A stretch of DNA of 58,984 nucleotides, filler included, from Sphacelaria rigidula (lineage: Eukaryota): the NCBI GenBank assembly GCA_964200075.2. It is 3 parts of 3 records of this genome, joined end to end, with 100 filler letters (N's around TTAATTAATTAA, not from the genome) between each part and the next. Parts side by side here need not be neighbours in the genome. Positions count along the whole stretch, not along the records: positions 19,710 to 39,299 come from CAXNAA020000641.1; positions 39,400 to 58,984 come from CAXNAA020000642.1; 1 more part is not named here. The stretch is one strand, 5' to 3'. A program made the translations under genes and the position numbers. The notes under the pieces are model-generated. The model worked only from the letters and a program-made list of their open reading frames with translations. It did not search any database and was not told where the DNA came from. Positions 33,401-45,500 of this stretch are shown one piece after another. Position 1 is the first letter of the stretch, and every line of letters begins with the position of its first letter.

Positions 33401-36400
33401 AACACACAATCTCCTCAATGTTTTTTTTTTCTTGGTCTACTTCGACATTTCAATCATGCCTCGGCACTTTTATCGTTTTCTTCCAATTCGACATGTGCCC
33501 GTGCACGCACGTGGATCACTGCAGCCGCTCTCCCTCTCCCACCTGCCCATTCGCCTGGTTACCGATTCCCTGTACCTTCGACCACCCTGTAGCCTAGTTC
33601 ACGGAGTGACCGGGACAACCTTTTGGCGCAGTCGGTGCAATCGATTGTGATCTCGTAGGTTCCCATCGTCTGTTCTCAATGTGCGATCATGCCAGGAATG
33701 GTTGTAACGAGAACTGGAATTCATTGTATAGCAAACCCCGACGCATCGCTTACGCAACTGAAATCCAATTCCACTTGGAAAATGAGTAGTCATGGATTAG
33801 ATATAATGATACCTCGCTGATGAACACACCTCGTTTTTTATAAAACATGCGCAGGACAATCCAGACTCCGAATATAATTTCTCATTTTCTCTCTAATCTC
33901 CCCAAGATGGTGCGTTACAACAGTGTTGGGCCTCGGAGGAACTGGAAATCATTGGTCGCCTAGGGAACGTTCAAGACTAACTAATGACGCGTTTTGCACC
34001 TGTGCGGTTGTTATCCGACTGTCAAGAGCGTTCGACCGTAATTTACCCTACGATACTCTGAAGCATTACCGTGAGCTGGCGAAAATCGACAGGCACCACC
34101 AAAGGGAATGCCCAATCGCGATTCTCCAACGGCACACAATATGTCCGTACACCCCTCTTTCCCCTCCCTTGCTTCCCGCCAAACTCGGGCCGCTTTGGTC
34201 TTGATTTGACTCTCATCTTCTGGGTGGTATGGACTATACGCGCGGGCAATCCAAAATTTCGTTTTTTCTTGTCGGAGATTTCTCTCCTGTAGTCATGTTG
34301 TCTTCCCCGACTTTTATTTGTTTCCGTGCGGTGTTTGTTTTTGCTCTTTTCCATCAATGACCGCGACAGCACAGCATTTGTAAAAGTTGGAGCGGATTTA
34401 TCACACATTCATAGCGCTAGCCGTACACGCTCACGGTTCTCCCTCCCACGTTCTAGTTGGCCGTTATCCTTGCATCAGCCCAATGTGGAGGACCGGTGAT
34501 GCCTGGGGTAAAAAGCCGATACTTTTCTGTGACTGAGAGTTCTCGATATTTTTCGGCTCTTTGAGTGCGTGATATTTTTCACGACCTCCTAGTGGTTGAA
34601 AATATTTCGGTCTTTTCTTGGTGCCCCCGCGTTGTCGGTAGGTTTTGCTCCACGCTGCTAGTCGATGCACCCAGTCCGTCTGGATCGTACATGCTTTCGT
34701 CAACTAAAATTGAAGCCGATGCAGCACATCACCTCTGCTCGCCTTCAATTGGTTCAAGCAAAATTGATGAACAACGCACGCCTCAACCCCGATCACGGCA
34801 CCCACCAAGCTCTCAGCCCCGAGGTTGCGCGTGGGGTGTGGACCGGATTTGAAGCTTCTTTCGCCGGACGATGAGTGTCCCAGAGGCGGATTTTCCACAG
34901 TTCCGCGCCAAAAAGCAATCCTGTCGTTGACACAAACCTCATGTTGTCTTGACCTGAACCTGGACCATAACCAGAATCCGGAATTGACTGAAGACAAGCA
35001 GGTAACGCTCGGGGGCGTGAAGCGTTAACACTCGTGGCGTATCCAAGGTATCGCGTCCTCGTTTTGGCGTCGAATTCTGCGTACCCGCGAGTGAGCGCTT
35101 TGAATTGAAAGTCGTGTGACAATCCCCATATTATCCTCTCGTTATCCTTTCGTCTGAAGAGTGGTGTTGGATGCATACTCAACCATCGAATTTTCGCGCC
35201 AAACTCGCGCGAACTTTACGGGTATTTTTCTTGTGATGAGATTCATCTCGAAAGTTGGCAACGGCCATTTTTCATTTCACACTCCGTATGTTATTTAATT
35301 CGCCCGTACGGGTCCAGATGATTCGGGGACCCACAGATGTATGACTACACGTGGATAAAAAGGGCGCTACTCCTGCTTTAAATCATCCCACCATCCTATC
35401 TTACGCGAAGGTGACCGACCGTGACCCTGGCCACTAGCCTGACGCTGCCCCTAGCCCTAACTCCCACCCTACCCTCAGCGAAGATGCACACCACAAACCC
35501 TGGGGTGCTGTGGGGTCCACTCTAGAGTTGCAAGGAAAGTGATGCCGAGGGCAACGGGGTGAGGCACCGCTATGTGGTGACACAACCAAAACTTCAGTCT
35601 TGGGGTCGTGCGGGTTGAATTAATTGGGAGCAATATCATATTTCTTGGAGCACCTGTACACACTTTGCTGAACAAAACTCTCATGACCTGTATGCTGATT
35701 TTTCCCACTTACTGCAGGCTCGATTTGAGCACGTTTAACCTCCCGCTCGCCTGCGCCGTGTCATTCACATGCATGGTTGATGCCTGTGTCATCAACCATT
35801 CCGCTGTTTCGGACTATGCTTTGCTAAACTGCCGCAGTATTTGCCCTCTTCGCCATTATTCTCGCTTCATTTTCCGCGTACCCATTGCACTGCACTTCTC
35901 AAACTGTAAAAGCCAAATCTCGGGTAAAATACCCTGGAAATGTGGAGGGTGTGCCCGGTGTAGAAGGGCGGGTGCGTTGTCCGTGTCTCATGTGTTTGTG
36001 GAGCTGAGCGGTGATGGGTATGCTGTGTAATTCCTCCTTCATGATATGCGCGACAGCAATTTTTCCGGCGGCATGATCGTGGTTGCTCTTATGTTGTGGG
36101 GGATGTTCACGGAGCAAGCATACGCTGCCCAGTGAGCGATCCTGCTCAAGTGTGGGTCGGTCCATCATGAAGACTCCCTGTGTGTTGGCGTTTCGGGTCT
36201 GCCGCCTGTTTTCGCACGCCTTGTATCCTGGTATCGCAGGGTATCGCAAAGCCTGAATTGAAAGGACACATGACTTGTTTTCGGAACAGCTTTTGAAAGT
36301 CGTGAACCGCTGGCCTGCGCTGTCTCGACTCGTCAATCCCCTCGAGCATCTAGAAAGCCCTTCCATTGCACTACACACGATACGGGGTACGAATCAGTTA

Positions 36401-39082
36401 TCATAGTAGTGGGGGAATAGAGCAGGGTGCACTTCAAGATGTGATGGGGGAGGGATCTGCTGATGTGAAGGATGTGGTGCTGTGAGCATGAACCATGGAG
36501 GCGTTGTCTGGGATTAATTTCATGTCCCCGCATCGTCACATGATTACTTCGATTTTTTCCGTCCGGCCTTTTTCGTGCGATGAGGTTGTACAGATCCACA
36601 TCCTCCCGAGTTCGATGGTGCTCGTGTACGCGCCCCGTCCGCCCGGTAGCGGGTTGGCAACCTGTTGTAGCGAAACACCGATTCATGGCTCTGGGAACCT
36701 GCAACTATGATTTCTCGTCGGCATGTCTTGCGTATTCTTCTTGGTGTTCAGCCGAGATGTCGATCAAGGACATGTTTTCATGGACTAGCACGGCGTCCCC
36801 ACGTCATCTTCCTGCTTCACTTCCTCGATATAGAGTTGCCGTTGCGACGGAATCACGCCAACGTTCACTTCGGATCCGTGCTTAGACCTGACAGGTCGCC
36901 GCCGACGGGCGCTACCCACGACGGCTTCGAACCTTGAGATTCCTGAAAGCATAATTCGGCAGCAGTCGAACACGGCAGGGAGGCATATTTAGACACCCTC
37001 GTAGTACGTATTTCATTATGTAGGACCAACTCCAATGGGGAGGTAAGTTCACGACTTGGGAGGGCGAGAAATTCCTCAGAAATTCTTAACTTCGAACAAA
37101 CTGTAACACGATGAATAACACTCAACCCGACAAGGGCGCACAGCGAATCCTCGGGCAAGGCGGTGTGGAGTGTAGGATAGGCAAAGGGTGCGTTGCCAGA
37201 CCTGAAACCGGCGCCCCAGGCGGATTTCGCCAAAACAGCGTCGTGATCAAGCTAGGAGCACGCTTGAAGCATAGCCCCATTACAGATACGGATTTCGCTG
37301 TACAGACTAAAATCAAGTCGAACCATCTGAGAAATTTCTCACCATCCCAAGTGGTGAAGTATACTGGAGGTACTGCCTATCGGAGCCGTTCAAAAATCCT
37401 GGTGAAAAGTGCCTTTTGGATCTCTGGTTTGTTGTACGCCCGAAAAGAGACTCGACGGATGTTGACGCCTTGGAATGACTTGCTCTACTCGTTGAGACCG
37501 TCCCAGGGCAACTTTGCGTTTCCCAGTGGCCGCAATTATATTTTTGGTCAAACCTGCATTTCCATCAACAAACTGTCGAGTGATGAAAAAATAGGGGGAA
37601 AACTGCCAGTTTCACGTTGACCGTTTCTCATTAAAAATGGCAAGTTTGGCCAAAGATTAAACTGCGGCCAACGGGAAACGTGTTGTTGACCAGCTCTACT
37701 CGTCGAGACCGTTCCAGGGCAGCTTCGCGTTCCCCAGTGGTCGTGGTTATATTTTTGGCCCAACCTGCATTTCCATCAATAAACGATCCTGTGATGAAAG
37801 AACAGGGGTGAAATTGCCAGTTTTAACTTGACCGTTTCTTGATGAAAATGGCAGGTTTGACCAAAAATAAAACCGCGACCAGCGGGAAACGCGAAGTTGC
37901 CCTGGAACGGTTTCAACGATTGGAGCAAGTCATTCCCAGATGTCATCATCCGCCCACCCCTCTTTTCGGGCGTGAAGTGAAGAAGAATTGCCCAAAATGC
38001 ACTTGAAAAAAAGAAAGAAGTTCGAACGGTTCCCTCAAGAGTTGGGCGTGATCGTCTTTTCCTCGTCGCGACCAAAGAATTTGTTGGGCTTCCAACACAC
38101 GTCTACTTACAAAAAAATACTATTTCGTCCTTTGGGCGAGTCAAGTTCTGCTGGCCGCAATGAACCGGTCTCGGTGGCGTCCACAAGTTGACCCGTTGAC
38201 CCCTTTGACCGCCGGAGTGGGCGAGATCAGCGTTGCCGTCCTTTTTCTAGTGAAAGTGATGCCGATTCAATTGATGGTCGACCGTTGGGGTGAAATGTTG
38301 AATGCCTGGCTCGTGCAGTATCACCAGTTCACATCCGATTTTAGTATCGTTATTATCCCATCGACCCTGTGCTTCACGTGTGGAACTTTTTCTGGTGGTG
38401 CACTGCATCCCTTGCTGTGAAAACTCCACAGATATTGTTGCTACTGCTGTCACCACACCAGTTGATTTATTCGAAGGCGGTCGGGAAGAAGTATGGGTAA
38501 CGGACGGGGGAATGCGGGCATTTCAGAGAGTCGAGGCTCGAAGTTCTATAGGTCGCATGTTTTTTTGTTTTTTTGTTTTGTGGTTATGAAAGTTGATACA
38601 TACCCTGGGTACCGTTAATTACTTGGCAGTCAAGTGCACCCGGTGGCGCGAATACTCGGCGGACCTACGGTAGGTATGGTGTTCACTCCTGCCCTCCCTC
38701 GCCCGCGTGTGGAATGTTTTGGAATGGTGGACTTGAAACACGTCAAGTCGTGACTTGGACAGTCAGCGGTGATCGTTGTCAGCGCCTACATACGTACGGA
38801 CACTCGACCCTGACAGTCGTACTCTCGTAGTGATGATGATGTCAAGTCATTTGATTAAGGTCTCCTTCAGCGGCCAAAGGATTGATGGACTCTATTTATT
38901 GTCTTGTTCACCTCCCTCTTGATCGAATGTGTTATACAACGCAGGAAAACGAGGAGATGTACCCCAAGAACCACGCCGTGGTGGCCGACATGACGGCGCT
39001 CCACCACATACACGAGCCGGGTATCTTGTACAACCTCAAGGAGAGGTCGCGACCGTGGCGGCAAACGCCATATACGTTCATG
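30461..39082 (+). CDS. Myosin heavy chain, 5' end (N-terminal SH3-like segment and start of motor domain), 3'-partial
   Basis: Exon 30461-30712 (MLSP...VVVGDSYWVEDAQGGNNVYTLVEAVEQ...RRNVDL|GTGAGT) and exon 38945-39082 (CAG|ENEEMYPKNHAVVADMTALHHIHEPGILYNLKERSRPWRQTPYTFM|GTGAGA), both phase 0. The second matches the myosin D-M-x-x-L-x-x-I/L-x-E-x-x-I-L-x-N-L-x-x-R...YT motif. The contig ends at 39299. Confidence 0.9.
31604..32140 (+). CDS. Candidate alternative (cassette or alternative first) exon of the myosin, 179 low-complexity codons
   Basis: 537-nt stop-free frame with acceptor CAACTAG| at 31603 followed by CGT ATG ATG, and donor TCG|GTCAGT at 32141. Phase 0 at both ends, compatible with both flanking myosin exons. 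Confidence 0.6.
37436..37973. repeat. Fold-back palindrome with a tandemly duplicated 211-bp hairpin core (myosin intron)
   Basis: Outer arms ACGCCCGAAAAGAG...GGAATGACTTGCTC and GAGCAAGTCATTCC...CTCTTTTCGGGCGT. Two direct units start at 37482 and 37693, each internally inverted. A related fragment lies at 28622-28658 on the minus strand. Confidence 0.8.
38196..38302. mobile_element. Third, degenerate copy of the ~105-bp piggyBac-like MITE
   Basis: TTGACCCCTTTGACCGC start and TTTTTCTAGTGAAAGTGATGCCGATTCAA core. Confidence 0.5.
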
Positions 39083-39299
39083 GTGAGATCAGTTCTGGAG
39101 GCGCGACTCCTACACCATGGTAACCTCGACAGGACTACGGATGATGGGTGAAAGAGAATGTCATTACGTCAGCAGTAGTAACATGTCGAGGTTGAAGCAC
39201 CACAAATTCCGCGACGTGTTGTCACCGACGGCAGGAGACCGGGGGGGGGGGGGGGGGGGACCCCGAATCGTGCTGGCCCAAGTCATAAGGCGATTGTGA

Positions 39300-39399
39300 N
39301 NNNNNNNNNNNNNNNNNNNNNNNNNNNNNNNNNNNNNNNNNNNTTAATTAATTAANNNNNNNNNNNNNNNNNNNNNNNNNNNNNNNNNNNNNNNNNNNN
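39300..39399. other. Artificial contig-joining linker (N44-TTAATTAATTAA-N44)
   Basis: Same 100-nt spacer; 12-mer at 39344-39355. Confidence 0.98.
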
Positions 39400-39739
39400 T
39401 CTCAAATGTATCCCAGAAAACCCGCCAAAATTCCCAATATTCGACACACTATTTCTCAGTAATTACGAATCGGATTCAACTTTTTTTTTTTAAAGGTATC
39501 CTCAAATCCATAGCTTTTCAACAAGCCTATCGGTAGTATCGTGAGTGACTAGGTTGGCGAGATATGATTTGTACCCCATAAGGACCTTTACTTATGGCAC
39601 AGAGGAAGTATACCTCCTAGCTTTAGTCCCCGCCCCGACGTAGCCTACTTAGAGGTCAGCAAAACTCGAGCACAAGGTCCTTGTCATTTCTCATGGTCAC
39701 GGTCTCTCATTATCGCACAAGCTCCATTCAAGATCTCAG

Positions 39740-41555
39740 GTCTTCTACCTGAAATTTCCGTCTGGGATATCGACGCCCATTCATGATATCTACCTCGGAC
39801 GTGGATATCCATTTCGGATATCCATCTGGGATCTCAGGTACATGAAGGACATCCATCTGGATATGAACGTCCATCTGAGATATCTATCAAGAGTATCCAT
39901 CTGGAATATCCATATTCAATTTCAGGTCCCCCTGGGAAATCCGTCTGGGACGTCATTGAGTACACAGAAGCACAAAGTTCTGTTAGCGCGCCACATCCCA
40001 GGTGTATACCCTGCACGTGTACCCTGCACTGTGATCTACCAGCCCACGCTATCCCAGTTGTATCCCTTACCAGCGCACACTGCACCACGCTCCACCAGGG
40101 CACGCTTATCCGGGTGCGTGATGAGTTGTCCACGGATTTGGATCAGGGCTAGGACTTTATCTGAGGTACTGTTTCACGGTTCGGACGAATAAAATCGTGA
40201 TTCAACTGATATTCAGCACATATATGAATCAATTATACGACTCGAATATCATTTGTGATTCGCACATGTTTTGGGTTCGTGATTCGTGCGACACCGCTTG
40301 AAGTGTGCACATTCTGAGCTAGTGGTTCGTGCGGTACACCGTCGAAGGTACATGTTTCCTACCTTCCTCTTATACGGCGTGAATCATGGGCACACATTTT
40401 ACCCCCTCTAGTTCATCCGGTATGGATCATGTTTTCATATTACTCAACCTTTGATTCATGCAGGATGAATCATGTGTATATGTTGACCAGCCTTGAGTTC
40501 GCGCGAGATGAATCGTAGGTACATGTTTTCCACCAAAAAATTGTACAGTATAAATCGTGGTACATGTTTTTCACCTGTCACGTCATACGATGTGAATCGC
40601 ATGTAGATCTCTCCCACGCGAAATTCGTGCAAGATGGATGAACTGTACATGTTATCCATCCTTTCGTTCGTGCGAGATGAATCACGGGCACATGCTCCCC
40701 ACCATCCATTTGTATAGTTTGAATCGTCGTTACATGTTTTTTCATCTATCATTCCATAGGGTGTGAAATACATTTAAATCTCTCCCGCCTGTAATACGCG
40801 CGAGATGAGTGAACTGTACCTGTTTCCAGACTTTCATTTTTAACGGATGAATCATGGGTAAATGTTCCCCACCGTCCGGTTCATGCAGGATGGATCACGA
40901 GAATGTGTTACCCACCAGTGGTTCGCACATGGACCATTATTCGTACGTGTTTTATCGATCCTGATTCGTGTTACACGAGCTGAAGTGTACGCATTCCTAG
41001 TCCATAATTCGTATGGTATGACCTTGAATATACAACTTCCCCATTCGTGATTCGTACTGGATGGCTCTTTGGTACATGATTCGCACTCAACATCCCTGAG
41101 GACTAAAATCGTATGAACTCTGATTCGTCTTAACCGTTTATTGTTTGGGTTCGCTTATGAGTGCGAACCTCCAACCAAGCGAAACCACCGAAATGACAAA
41201 CTGGTATCACCAGGCGAGATCTTTGAGGTGGACATCCACGTCCGAGACGAATGTCCACGTAGAATATCCCAGTTTCATGCGATCGTCGTAGGTGGGTATC
41301 TGCATTTCAGATGGACCTTCCAGAAGAAAGTTCCAGATGGATATCCAAATCTCAGATGACGATTCCAACTGGATATCCCATATGGGTCCTGGTATATCCC
41401 TGATTGATATCCATGTCCGACATGTATAACCCAGATGGACATCCCTATTCCAGATAGAGGCTCGCATCCCAGGTGGACATCCAGAATAATGTATCGCAAA
41501 TCCCAGATGGGTGTCCCCCATTGATGCCCATTCCCCAGATGAATACGATCTGGGC
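39740..41555. mobile_element. Old element with inverted arrays of GATATCCATCTGG motifs, interrupted by a nested MITE
   Basis: GA(T/C)ATCCATCTGG-type motifs repeat at ~39760-39950, and their reverse complement CCAGATGGA(T/C)ATC repeats at ~41230-41550. Limits approximate. Confidence 0.55.
40175..41138. mobile_element. hAT-like MITE (964 bp) filled with degenerate ~42-bp tandem repeats
   Basis: TIR CACGGTTCGGACGAAT / ATTCGTCTTAACCGTT and 8-bp TSD TACTGTTT / TATTGTTT. The internal GAATC..ACATG motif recurs every ~42-43 bp from ~40380 to ~40900. Confidence 0.75.
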
Positions 41556-42158
41556 CAGGTTAAAGAGCCTTTCGGAGCTTGTCCAGCATCGCACGGCCCT
41601 CTTTTATGAGTTATAAGCTGAAATTTCATGACAAGGTTTACATCAAGGCGCAAATACGTATTGAGGTAGCTAGAGGAAAACAAATGTAAATTGGAGCAAG
41701 TTTAATATTATGAGAAAAGTGTAAATGTCTTAAGTCAACAAATGTGTATATATATATATATTCACATTTTTGCCTACCGCTGTGAGTATTTGTGTATTGA
41801 CGTGCAGAACTCACGTTTGAAAGTTCAGCTGAAAAATCGTTAAATTGAGCCTTGAAGTTTCGTTAATGTACAATGGTGCAGATATATCACCCTACAGGGC
41901 AACCGGTCATGGGTTCGAATCCCGACAGACGTTAATTGTTTCAAATATGTAAAACGGAAATGTCATGGCTCTATGAAGAACAAAAACTTGTTGCTTGCGT
42001 GTAGAGTATTTAAGTTGCGTGCAGAAGTCATTTGTAAAGTTTGGGCTCAAAATTCTTGAAATTGGGCGGCGCGTTCCACTTGCGACACCACTACGCCCCG
42101 GTGGTCCAACTGGTACAGGAAGCTCCAACTACAGAGGTCAAGAGTTCGTTCCCCGACA

Positions 42159-42194
<36 letters not shown>

Positions 42195-42520
42195 GATGAT
42201 ATAATATATATATGCAGAATCTGGTTCCGTCGTTGAGGTCGTATGCATGAAGTACACCTTATTTTACTTTTTGTTGAGCTTCAGAGCGTGCATCGGCAGG
42301 TTGGTCTGTAGCTCACAGCGATATACTTACATAGGTGAGATTGAAAAACTGAAACGTTATCATGTGTTAGAAAAATGCAAGCTTTTAGGCTGGCCCAGCT
42401 CGTAACCTTCTGGTATATATCATTGTCCCTACTGGGTGTGAGATTCCTCACGGATATACCAGAGTTGACTTCTCGCTGCCACATCCTTCACTTAATGTGC
42501 CATTCGCCGACCACGTTCAG

Positions 42521-45500
42521 GTCGGACAAAGAACAGGCTACCCTACTCGGGGTGCAAGATAAAGTACTCGCAGGACTCCGGCCCATTCTGCGCTCCCCTT
42601 CTGTGCCCGCCGCAGCACAGCGCCACCTTCGATCGGCCCTGCTGGCATTGGTGGCGCAAAATGGCTTCACAAAAAAGGTGCAAGGCAAAGTAGCAGCTGC
42701 GGCGTAAAATCCGACTGAGTCGAAACGGAGATGCATCTGTGATTATGTATATGCTTGCCTCAGTGGCTGGGACGCATCGCACTTGGGCGAGTACTGAGTC
42801 ATTCATATACTGAAACGAATCTGATTGAATTCCCCGAGTCTGACATTTGCAACACTATCACAACATAACAACGTCTTGGGGACAACAGACCGTATCGTAG
42901 ACTTGCCTCCGAAGTGGGTTGCACTTTACTTTACATCGGTATCTCCAAATTGCCACGAGAGATGAACCTATATATAAATGGTCTCACCGCCGCACGTCTC
43001 CCCGAGTGCATGATCGACCATGATCACATGTCACCCTGACGGAGACAACGCTCCACCCTCAGTAGCGAGCGCTCAACGCCCTAACAGCTAAGGCGCACAA
43101 CGTACAAGCATGCCCCCCCATCATCCTATCCTATCCCGTCGTTCCATATAAACGCGAAACATCAACAACCGGACAAATGCCTCGGTGGTAGAAGAAGGGG
43201 GGCTACAGGAAACATATCGTGCAAGCTCTGGTAGCGGCTTCCTACGCGACGATGCCACCCGTAGCTCTGCTGCCAATCCTGCAAGCCACGGAAACCGGAC
43301 CTTGCGCGAGCGATCTCATTCTGGAAGTGCTGGAGAAAATCGTATCTGGAGAGGGTGGTGGTGCCTGCCATGGCAATGGAGGTATCGACCCCGGAGGGGG
43401 TTCGATACCGAAGGCATCGGTCATCGGTAAGTACGTGTGGGCATGGATGACGAAGAGCTCACGGTTCGGACGAATCATCACCGGTTCGAATCACCAAATC
43501 CACGATTTCTTAGGCTTGATTGCTCGAACGAGAGAAAAAAATCGACCGCTGGTCAAGCAGGTCTCCACGCAACTTTCACGCCATTCCACGTGCCTGGGCT
43601 GCGCGTACCTGCGTTGCAACGCTGAAAACAAAGCCTGAGGATTGATTTGTACGGTATGAATTAATTACACTATAATCAAGTAACTTCCAGACGAATCGTT
43701 AATTCGTCCGATCCTTGGAAGAGTCGATGACCGCGGTTCTACGCCGGAGCAGAGGATGTCGAAATGTGGGCCACTCCTTCGGGCACGGCTGCGCCGCTGC
43801 TCCTGACACCGGTAGCAAAATCGGGTTTCTCTGGCGTCTACGTTACTCACTTGCTCCTCTATTTGTGTGTTGATACCCTTCGTGCGCCATCTGTTGTTTT
43901 CGTGACTACACTATTCCCATCTCGTGGTTTTAACCATCGTGTTCGAAGAGCTGCTGCATCATGTAGTCGCCCACGTGGTCCTCGGAAACACCATAGCCCG
44001 CAAGACGGGCGGCAAGGGCACAACAACAGCATCATCATTCAAGGGCTCGTCAGCTCACCTGAAGCCCTTCCTTGTGCAAGTCTGCTCAATCCTGCCCGAC
44101 TACATCGTGCTCTTTTCCAAGGTTCGTGTCACTAGGACACGGGAAGGGTACCTGACATATAAAAGAGAAGCTCCACATGTGTTCTTGTGGGTATCATTTT
44201 GTTTTGATGCATTTTCACCCCACGGCACGCCACTTGGCGTACGTTGCGCTGCCGACGAAGATATTTTGCCTACTTGAGGAGGGAGGTGCTCAGCGCGGCC
44301 CCCCACATCTGTATCAAATATCAGCGGCGACTTTCACCAGCTCTTCCTTCGCGTTGTTGATCGTCTCCCAGGATTTGCTCCCACTGCTGGAATCAAAATC
44401 AGGTGCCACAAGGAAAATGTGCCTCTCCGTTTTAGCAGTGATCCTAGAACACGGCGGAAGTGTCTGTCGGGGAACAAGTGGGCCTTCACTTGCCGCTTTG
44501 CTGCACTGCGCGCGTTCAGACAGCGAAGCAACTGTACGGTGCGCCGCCTTCAATTGCGTAGCAGAGTACCTCGGTGAGTGCGTGTGTCTCCGGAGCTTGG
44601 AAACGTTCGTGGGATTGCTACCTGAAACTCGTCGAAAGAGGGATGTCCTACAGTGATCGATGCTACCGAACAAGAATAACTTACCTCCGTTGTCCCAACA
44701 AAGTCTTCGTATGCTCGCCTGTATTGAGGGATAAAGCTTCTCGATGATGACGCCCGACGACACACAATGTTTTTCTCCGACCATCCATCTGTAGCACCAG
44801 CACCCGGATGAAGCTGACACGTTTGCATCGGCGTGATTCTCATGATATCGCCCTGCAACTGCATGTGTTTCTACGTACCGGCAGGTCGGAATGACTTACC
44901 TTTCGCTCACGAGGACTTCCTTGCCATGGATAGCAATGAACTCAGCGAGGATCGAGGCCATGGCGAGGGCCACAACGTGGAACTGCCGCCGAGAGAGATG
45001 TTGGACAGAAGCAAAGAGTCCGCGCACAAGGAGAAGCAAGTCCGGCAAGCGAAACCACCCGAGAGGACCACCACTGACGCGCCAAAAAGAGCAGGCGAGA
45101 ACGAAGAACCTGATAACCTCAACGACGTGAAGGAGAGGGATCTGAGACAGCCTGGCCCTGTGCCTCCTGCACCAGAGCAGCGCGATAACCCTTGGGCGAA
45201 AGGAAAAGCACCACTGGCGGGCCTGTCAGTAGCCGCGAGATCCATGCTAACGGACGATTCTAAAGCTGTCCGGTCGAAGGCCCTCGCCTGTTGCCTACGG
45301 ATACTCCATGCACACGGTGAAAGCCTTGGTAGCGAGGGCGTGGAGTGCTCCCGGTTTCATCCTGGACCGTCGAGGGAGGGTATGGTAGCAGCGTTAGCGG
45401 ATGTAAGTGATATCTGGTTACGTGACCATTTCTCTCTCTGTGCCTGTTCCGTAGATTTGGTGGAAGGATCATTGCGGCGTGATTGTAAATGTATGACTCG

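Noticed and set aside
36400..37050. Coding-looking stretch in the myosin intron with a GTAAGT donor near 37043
   Set aside because: Frames are interrupted by stops and show no recognisable domain; probably a decayed transposon.
40380..40900. CRISPR-like array (recurring motif with variable intervening sequence)
   Set aside because: The repeats are degenerate, the intervening parts are homologous to each other, there are no cas genes, and the array lies inside a TIR/TSD-bounded element in eukaryotic DNA.
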